Assembly (NCBI RefSeq): GCF_006345805.1
Contig: NW_021836638.1
Location: 1-15,864, forward strand
Origin: Octopus sinensis
Lineage: Eukaryota
DNA: 15,864 nucleotides
Reading direction: 5' to 3'
Shown here: positions 9,273 to 15,864 of the stretch, one piece after another
How the letters are laid out: each line of letters opens with the position of its first letter
Numbering within the stretch: position 1 is the stretch's first letter
Made by a program: the position numbers and the translations under genes
Notes under the pieces: generated by a model
The model's database searches: none
What the model saw: only the letters and a program-made list of their open reading frames with translations
What the model was told of the DNA's origin: nothing

Positions 9273-9579
9273 GGAGGCGCAATGGCCCAGTGGTTAGGGC
9301 AGCGAACTCGCGGTCGGAGGATCGTGATTTCGATTCCCAGACCGGGTGTTGTGTGTGTTTATTGAGCGAAAACACCTAAAAGCTACACGAGGCTCAAGCA
9401 AGGGGTGGTGGCGACCCCTGTTGTACTCTTTCGCCACTACTTTCTCTCACTCTCTCTTCCTGTTTCTTGAGTAACGCTGCGATGGACTGGCGTCCCATCC
9501 AGCTGGTGGGAACACATATGCCACAGAAACCGAGAAATCGTGTCCATGAGCCTGGCTAGGCTTGAAAAGGGCGACGTTT
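9273..9579 (+). mobile_element. full-length tRNA-derived SINE
   Basis: Head GGAGGCGCAATGGCCCAGTGG (A box 9283-9293) and B box GATTTCGATTCCC (9326-9338). The tail GGCGTCC...GAAACCGAGAAATCG is shared with the 15644 copy. Confidence 0.88.
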
Positions 9580-9582
9580 ATC

Positions 9583-9622
<40 letters not shown>
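9583..9622. repeat. (TA)n
   Basis: Visible directly. Confidence 0.9.
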
Positions 9623-9974
9623 CATACAGGCTTCGGCATATTTCCCTCAACTCGTTTTCTTTTCCTAGAGCTTTATTCAACCTATGAAGTCTGTACTTGA
9701 AAGCATCTTTCCATAGTGCCGTACAGCGGAGATGAACCTGGAAACATGTATTTGTAAACCAAGTTGTTTTTTTTTTTCATAAACACAAAATCAAGTTGGC
9801 GCCATGTAATCACCATATAACTAATGATGACTACAAAATAATTACCGAGATTACAAGCTATGATTGTAAACACTCAACTTATTTAACATTTAGAGAAATA
9901 ATTATTCATAAAAATTAATGTTGTTCATTAAACGACTATGTTCATTAGAAAAGTAATGTATCAATCGATTCCTT

Positions 9975-10056
9975 ATGTATATATATATGTATACGTATGT
10001 ATGTAATATACATACACACGCACATACACATACACACACACACACACACATATGTA

Positions 10057-10094
<38 letters not shown>

Positions 10095-10130
10095 AAACAC
10101 ACACACACACACACACATATATATACATAC
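9975..10130. repeat. compound TA/CA microsatellite
   Basis: Visible directly. Confidence 0.9.
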
Positions 10131-10584
10131 ATAAGTAAAGTCATAAATAAAGGGCTTTACATATTTCTTTATTTATGAATCGTAGACTTACAGCTGTTTC
10201 TGAGGCACATTTTTGGTGCTTCGTGTTTTTGGTTATTCAATTGGTCAATTGATTGTTCAAAGAAATTGGTAAAACTCAGGAAATTAAAGCATCGTCAGCG
10301 TCTGTGGACAGAGGACATCTGTAAGTCTAAGATGCAGAAATATCGAAACATGTGAAACCCAGGTTTTATGCATTTTCTCGTATAGCACTCTGTGAAAAAT
10401 AGATCATAATTACTGGGGAATGTAATTATGGATTTACAAAGTCGGTTGATGATGGACTTCACATTCGGATATTACCTTGGGTTTATTTGGAGTTCTATAT
10501 GAACCAGAAAATAGTTTGTTACTCTGTTGTGTGTGTATTAACAGAGAGCGTGAGAAGTGTTCGGCCCAATATGAAAATCTTTAA

Positions 10585-10678
10585 TTAACAACTATATATT
10601 TTCTTGAGAACATCATTTTTTAGTGGTAAGACCATAGGGGGTCGACATCTAGGATAATGGATGTTCACTTAGTGGTCA
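10585..10678. mobile_element. second, diverged copy of the 5816-5923 repeat, lacking most of the left palindrome arm
   Basis: TTTTCTTGAGAACATCATTTTTTAGTGGTAAGACCATAG...TCTAGGATAATGG...CACTTAGTGGTCA aligns with 5846-5923. It starts TTAACAACTA, against TTAACCACTA in copy 1. Confidence 0.6.
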
Positions 10679-10695
10679 TTCCTCTTATATTTTTG

Positions 10696-10696
<1 letters not shown>

Positions 10697-10756
<60 letters not shown>

Positions 10757-10812
10757 AGTGTGTATGTATGTATGCATATATATATATACATCTATCTATC
10801 TATCTATCTACT
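10697..10812. repeat. compound (TA)n(TG)n(TATC)n
   Basis: Visible directly. Confidence 0.92.
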
Positions 10813-10903
10813 AATACATACTAATACATACACCAACCCTATACATACACACGTCCAGACCTCTCATACGCACTAATACTCTCTCATACACACACACACA
10901 CCC

Positions 10904-11211
10904 TTATGTTGGAGCTGGTCACTCAACCCTATTATCTCCCCTAATTTCGCTTTCGCGTCTCATCTTTGATCTTTGACTTCTGGCCGAAATCAGATCGCCA
11001 TGTTGATTCGTTAGTTACTGCACGCATTTTTTTTCTGTCCTTCTTTCTGTGTTTTTTTTCTCTCTGTGTATCTTTCTGTTGAAGAGCGTAGGCTCGAAAC
11101 GTTAAAGAATTGTTTTATTTTTATTTATATTTCCTGAGCGCCATACTAATACAATTGTTTGTTTGTTTTCCACCTGCCTTCGTCTTTTGTCTATTTTCAT
11201 AAAGCTTCCCG

Positions 11212-11212
<1 letters not shown>
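10904..11212 (+). mobile_element. probable Penelope-like element LTR fragment carrying a hammerhead motif
   Basis: Pyrimidine-rich non-SINE segment between microsatellites, containing the minimal hammerhead at 11071-11108. Minimal type I hammerheads with a palindromic stem III are characteristic of Penelope-like pseudo-LTRs. No RT or GIY-YIG ORF is seen, so the class call is an inference. Confidence 0.5.
11071..11108 (+). ncRNA. minimal type I hammerhead ribozyme motif (A6U core variant)
   Basis: TCTTT-CTGTTGA-A-GAGC-GTAG-GCTC-GAAA-C-G-T-T-AAAGA: stem I TCTTT/AAAGA, stem II GAGC/GCTC, GAAA, palindromic stem III ACGT, cleavage triplet GUU. Confidence 0.7.

Positions 11213-11296
<84 letters not shown>
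11213..11296 (+). repeat. (TATC)21 perfect microsatellite
   Basis: 84 bp of uninterrupted TATC. Confidence 0.98.
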
Positions 11297-11297
<1 letters not shown>

Positions 11298-11455
11298 GTG
11301 TGTGTTGAGGTGCACTCTATACTTCACTATAAAGGTCCTGGCTTTCTTTAGCATCTTCCATAAAAATTTAACATAGGAAGCATTTGTCGATACAGACATG
11401 TCAAAGGTTGAAATGTATCGGATGGGATTAATGTAAGGCAATGTGGATATGCTTA

Positions 11456-11808
11456 CCGTATTTGATGGCCTATAAGACGCACGAGTGCATAGGATGCACC
11501 CTAGATTAGGCTACACTTTTTAAAAATAAATAACCACTAAAATAATGTTTTAATCCCTCCATTTACCTGTATTACTTTATGTTATTACCGGTAATTATAA
11601 GCAATTTATTACATCCACATTCGATATAAACATACCGTTGGTGATTGTTCACCAATAGATGGTAGCAAACATCTACGTGACCTCTGATGTATAATTTCGG
11701 CCAACAGCCGTGAGTTTTGAGTCTACATTGAATGCATTGAACGCAGAGGGTTTTTTAAAGTCATTTTGGGGGTAAAAAGAGGTGCGTCTTACGGGCCATC
11801 TACTACGG
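11456..11808. mobile_element. Tc1/mariner-superfamily MITE (pogo/Tc2-like ends), 353 bp
   Basis: 27-bp TIRs, 23/27 identical: CCGTATTTGATGGCCTATAAGACGCAC (11456-11482) and GTGCGTCTTACGGGCCATCTACTACGG (11782-11808). TA on both sides (11454-11455, 11809-11810). No transposase ORF. Confidence 0.88.
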
Positions 11809-12145
11809 TATATCATACTAGTCTGGAAACTTACCGGCTGTTGGATTATTATAATCTGTAAGAAAAATTTCTTCTTCAAAACCTAGGAAGGATATTTTGT
11901 GAAGTGTTATTCGATGAAAAGAAGGGCTGAGCAATAAATGGTTGAAAATTGCTGCTCTATATATCATAAGATTTAACCGTTAGCTTTTATCGAGAATTTA
12001 ATCTACCAAGTCAGAAAATTCACACGAACATGATGTGTGTTGGTAGCGTGTGCAATTTATATAATTTATTATGACGATAGATATATATCTGGAATCATAA
12101 TTTTTTCATTTATTTTAGCTATTCTTTATAGAAATACATACTTAA

Positions 12146-12150
12146 TACAT

Positions 12151-12198
<48 letters not shown>

Positions 12199-12375
12199 AT
12201 GTGTGTGTGTACGTATACATATATGCACGCTCGTACAGACCTACACACGTATGTATATGTATGTATGTATGTTTGTATATATGTGTATATATATGTGTGT
12301 GTGTAAGCATATTTATAAGTAGGCATGTACATTTATACATGCATACACATGTATGTGTGTGTGTATATATATGTG
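12146..12375. repeat. compound CA/TA/TG low-complexity tract
   Basis: Visible directly. Confidence 0.88.
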
Positions 12376-12976
12376 TGTGGTCTTGTGCGCAGTTTGTGTT
12401 TATATATGTAATATAATATAAACAGCTATGTCTAAGTACATTTGAAAACAGCATAAGAGGAAAAAAATTGGACAGGATCGAGCGCGCACATGTACACACT
12501 CACTCACACACAAATACATCAGTGTGTGCGCGTGTATATATGTATACGCACTGACATATACGCACACATGTACACTCACATTTAAATTATATTACTTAGA
12601 GAAATGTTTAGCTGCCGTCAAGGAGCTGTGGAAATAAAATATGTGCTATTAATAATAATTATAGTCTTAGAAAACGGTGGAATCTGCTTAATAACTTACC
12701 AACGTGATTTATTTAAGTTTATGATTTTAAAGCTAATGTCAATTAACTATGCCAAGATATAAGTGTATCTGGAAATTAAATGCTGTTTAAATTTAATAAA
12801 TGCCTCATAATTTCTTAATATGTCCGAGCTTCAGAGGCTTCGATGTCAAGAACTAAGGCTGTAGTACCTGGAATTAAATTCATGTTTACAACACTTAGTT
12901 TTTTATTAATGGTTTATTGCGAGTAAGAAAAAGCAATGGGTTTTACCTTTTAGCTTTTAATGGTTAACTTTCGCTG

Positions 12977-13150
12977 GTTTCAGTCATTGAACTGCGGCCA
13001 TGGGGGTGCCTCTAGCTTCAGGGGTTTTAGCTGAATAAATCGATGCCAGTATTTGTTTCTTAAGGGTGGTCGTTATTCTATCGTTTATCTTTTGCCGAGC
13101 CGCACAGTTACGGGTGAGGTAAAGAAACCAATGCCGTCTGTCGATCGATG
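12977..13150 (-). mobile_element. diverged 3' fragment of the 8531-8932 SINE family
   Basis: GTTTCAGTCATTGAACTGCGGCCATG...TTATTCTATCG...TCTTTTGCCGAGCCGC aligns with 8551-8670. Confidence 0.8.
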
Positions 13151-13200
13151 TGAAGTTACAAAGACTGAGGCGAAGCTCCATATATATATCTATATATAAT

Positions 13201-13235
<35 letters not shown>

Positions 13236-13245
<10 letters not shown>

Positions 13246-13345
13246 CTGTGAGACATATTTTTGTAGAAAAAGAAATAGTCTTTTGGCTGCTATTTCTAAA
13301 ATTTTCGGTATGTGGTCAAGCAACTTGTTGCTAAACCCTTATTGT
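13236..13345 (+). repeat. 110-bp direct repeat, copy 1
   Basis: Matches 13803-13916 with 3 substitutions and 2 small indels. Confidence 0.93.
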
Positions 13346-13802
13346 TATAATTATATATAAAAAAAACGTTTTGTATAAGTTTTTACCGAATATGGTCCTT
13401 TTCCATACCGAAAAACTACTAGGTGAAATTTGTTGATTTTATTAAATTAATAATTTTTCACCCTATATCTGTAATGATTATTTCACTCCCCGACGACAAA
13501 ACTACGAATCGTTTTTCGGCAGTACTATTTTGTGACGCACATGGTAGAAAATTGGAGGGAAGTACGAACTCACTCGCCTATATAAATGTGGATATGCTGA
13601 TTGGCTTTTATACGTTCTGATGACACTTGGTCAGAAATATAATGGGTAAGTTCTCCTAGCATCTTCAGATTTATTATTATCGAAATACTATGTTGACAAA
13701 GGAAATGGGTCTTATGATCCTAATCCAGAAACGCGTCCATAATTAATCGAAGACTGTTTGATTTCATTATTTTTCTTCTTTTTTGCCATGTGTGAGTTAC
13801 AA

Positions 13803-13916
13803 ATATTGTTGTCTGTGGAGACATATTTTTGTAGAAAAAGAAATTGTTGTCTTTTGGCTGCTATTTCTAAAATTTTGGGGATGTGGTCAAGCAACTTGTT
13901 GCTAAACCCTTATTGT
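13803..13916 (+). repeat. 114-bp direct repeat, copy 2
   Basis: Matches 13236-13345. Confidence 0.93.
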
Positions 13917-13919
13917 ATA

Positions 13920-13954
<35 letters not shown>

Positions 13955-13959
<5 letters not shown>

Positions 13960-14072
13960 CTGGATTCAGTCCCACTGCGTGGCACCTTGGAAAAATATTT
14001 TCTACTCAAGCCTTGGGCCGACCAAAGCCTTGTGACTGATTTGGTAGAAGTCCGTCGTCGACGTATATATAT
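13955..14072 (+). mobile_element. 5' part of the 8531-8932 SINE family, A box lost
   Basis: GGATTCAGTCCCACTGCGTGGCACCTTGG...GGGCCGACCAAAGCCTTGTGA...GATTTGGTAGA aligns with the reverse complement of 8765-8890. Confidence 0.87.
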
Positions 14073-14119
14073 ATTACTACACATCCTTACCTTGTACAAC
14101 GTCTTTACACACTCTCTCT

Positions 14120-14335
14120 ATAGTATGTGTCTTTCTCTTTTCTTGCCTCTGATTCTTCCCCCACCTTATTTGCACCGTTATTTCTATTGCTGTGCCAATC
14201 CTGTTTCTCCTCCCCTCTCTTATTACTCCCTTCTCTCTCTCTCTCTCTCTCTCCCCTGGTGCCTTCGTCCCTTTATTTCCCTCTCTCTTTGATTCCTTGC
14301 TCCCTGCCTTTCTTTTTTCTTTCTCTTTCTTCTTC
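14120..14335 (+). repeat. polypyrimidine (TC-rich) tract
   Basis: Strongly C/T-biased, with a (TC)n core. Confidence 0.8.
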
Positions 14336-14810
14336 CGCGCTCTCACGTGACCGCGCGTTCAAACTGGTCATTTCGGCCTGACCGCTGCCACGCTCACGTT
14401 GTTTTCGTTTTGGCCCGTGAAGGCTTTTTTCATTTACGCCAGCCAAGATAAGTTAAAAATTGTCTAAATCGTAAGACGCTCCTGTCCTTGTACTGTCCAC
14501 CCACCTTCGTGTTTTTTATTTCTGTTTTTTATATATATTTTTGTTTCTTGTATTTATATTCGTGTGGCATCCTGTCCTGTCTTTGTTCCGTATGCATACG
14601 ACCCTCTTTCCCAGAATCCAATGCCTGTGGCTTGGTTTTTCCTTGGGGCTGGCCGGGTCGGAGTAATATCGAGATTAAACAGCCGAAATTACTAAGATGA
14701 TCCGGTTCCCGACTGAAGATTAGAGGCTTCAGTGAACCCGTCTGTTGTTTTGTGTCGTCTCCTTGTGTGTTTTTGCGTTCTTGTCCCACTTTGTAAATTT
14801 ATATTTTATA
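14335..14810. other. unclassified GC-richer, repeat-like segment with a structured-RNA candidate
   Basis: CpG-rich, non-SINE and non-coding, with several nested complementary blocks at 14647-14740. Family not identified. Confidence 0.35.
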
Positions 14811-14861
14811 TTTAATTTTTTTCTCCTCTCTCTCTCTCTCCTCTCTCTCTATATATATATC

Positions 14862-14889
<28 letters not shown>

Positions 14890-14892
<3 letters not shown>

Positions 14893-15118
14893 GTGTGTGT
14901 GTGGTGTGTGTGGTATGTATGTTTGTATCTGCTGTGTTTGTCCCCAGCATCACTTGATACCGATGGTGGTGTGGTTATTTCCCCATAACTTGGTTCAGCT
15001 AAAGTGACCGATAGAACAAGTTAATAGAATACAAAGAATGAGTCCTGGAGTTGATTTGCTCGACTAAAGGCGGTGCTCCAGCATGGCTGCAGTCAAATGA
15101 CTAAAACCCGTAAAAGAA
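14890..15118 (+). mobile_element. 3' half of the 8531-8932 SINE family
   Basis: TGTGTTTGTCCCCAGCATCACTTGA...GACCGATAGAA...CTCGACTAAAGGCGGTGCTCCAGCATGGCTGCAGTCAAATGACT. Confidence 0.88.
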
Positions 15119-15167
15119 TATATATATATATATAGACATTTATATTTATATATAAATATTTCTATGT

Positions 15168-15391
15168 GTATGTGTGTGTGTGTGCGTCTGTGTACACGTG
15201 TTTCTCTTTGTCTTTGTGTCCCTCACATCGCTTCACAACCGTTTTTACGTCCTGTAAATTAGCGTTCAAGAAAGAGATTTATGTCAGTGTCGATTTGTTC
15301 GACTTACATCTTTCAAGGTAGTGCCCCAGCATGACCGCAGTCTATGACTGAATCGAGTAAGATGAAAGATAAAATATACAAGATAAAAGAT
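15168..15391 (+). mobile_element. internally deleted 3' half of the same SINE family
   Basis: CATCGCTTCACAACCG...GTCGATTTGTTCGACT...GTGCCCCAGCATGACCGCAGTCTATGACTGAA followed by GATAAAA tail repeats. Confidence 0.75.
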
Positions 15392-15643
15392 TACTGGCTA
15401 CAATCCTCTAGACAGATTACACATACAGTTTTATCTCTTCAAGGAAGTATTATACTAATCTTTAATCTATATAAATTCTCACTCATCTCATCTCTTCGCA
15501 CTTGAAGGATCGTCCGGGCAGAGTCCTTAAGCATGTCTTCGATCAGGTCCTGTCAGAAGCAACCATTTCCACTTGATCTGGCTGGAACCTCAAACGAGAC
15601 CGAACGAGCTCATGAATGTTTTACAACCATTTTGCTCGAGAGT

Positions 15644-15864
15644 GAGGGTCGTGGCGTAGTGGTTAGGATGTTGGACTCATGATCATAATATTGTGGTTTC
15701 GATCTGTGGACCGGGTAACGCGTTGTGTTCTTGAGCAAAACCCTTCATTTCACGTAGCTCCATCCACTCTGCTAGCAAAAATGAGTAATCCTGTAACCGA
15801 CCGACCGGCGTCCAGTCAAGGTTTGGAATATATACGCCATGAAACCAGGAAACCGGCCCTTATG
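15644..15864 (+). mobile_element. tRNA-derived SINE with CORE-like middle, running off the right edge
   Basis: A box TGGCGTAGTGG (15652-15662) and B-box-like GGTTTCGATCT (15695-15705). The middle aligns with the 1797-2022 copy and the tail with the 9273 copy. Confidence 0.82.

Noticed and set aside
9682-9737. Minus-strand exon candidate after TGTTTCCAG
   Set aside because: The acceptor is reasonable but the donors are weak and no frame gives a recognisable peptide.
11652-11666. CTCF-like motif CCAATAGATGGTAGC inside the MITE
   Set aside because: Two mismatches at conserved positions, and no supporting data.
13617-13641. Hammerhead at CTGATGA-CACTTGGTCA-GAAA-TATA
   Set aside because: Stem II forms only by consuming core bases (TGAC/GTCA) and there is no stem I complement. 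At best it is a dead remnant.
14703-14740. HDV-like ribozyme (CGG-TTCCCGA-CTG resembles P3/L3)
   Set aside because: No P1 or P2 partners were found, and the catalytic C position reads T (TGAA).
443-14957. Most ORFs in the supplied track (H/T-, C/V-, Y/I-, I-, L/S-rich peptides)
   Set aside because: They are translations of CA/TG/TA/AAT/TC microsatellites, which lack stops in several frames. Only the ends of 489..941 and the start of 1706..1921 carry a recognisable (LINE) signal.
271-15705. tRNA genes at the A/B box sites
   Set aside because: None folds into a full cloverleaf with an acceptor stem. All continue into SINE bodies or are fragments, including the isolated minus-strand B box at 6653-6664.

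Overview
AT-rich, microsatellite-dense eukaryotic DNA that looks intronic or intergenic, with no long coding sequence. I infer a coleoid cephalopod, most likely Octopus, from tRNA-derived SINEs that match octopus families as I remember them (recalled, not searched). Most ORFs in the supplied track are translations of (TA)n/(TG)n/(CA)n/(GAT)n/(AAT)n/(TC)n tracts. What the sequence supports: about a dozen full or partial SINE copies from at least three groups; a complete non-autonomous Helitron (5939-6235); a TA-flanked pogo/Tc2-like MITE (11456-11808); two 3' fragments of restriction-like-endonuclease (R4/Dong-type) LINEs (868-1018, 1707-1800); a palindromic short repeat in two copies; a 110-bp direct repeat pair; and two weak, phase-compatible plus-strand exon candidates. 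The most interesting signals are RNA structures: a minimal type I hammerhead ribozyme motif of the Penelope-associated kind with an A6U core change (11071-11108), and a speculative set of hammerhead strands in a non-canonical, pseudoknotted order (14662-14728). No CRISPR array, rRNA or intact tRNA gene is supported.
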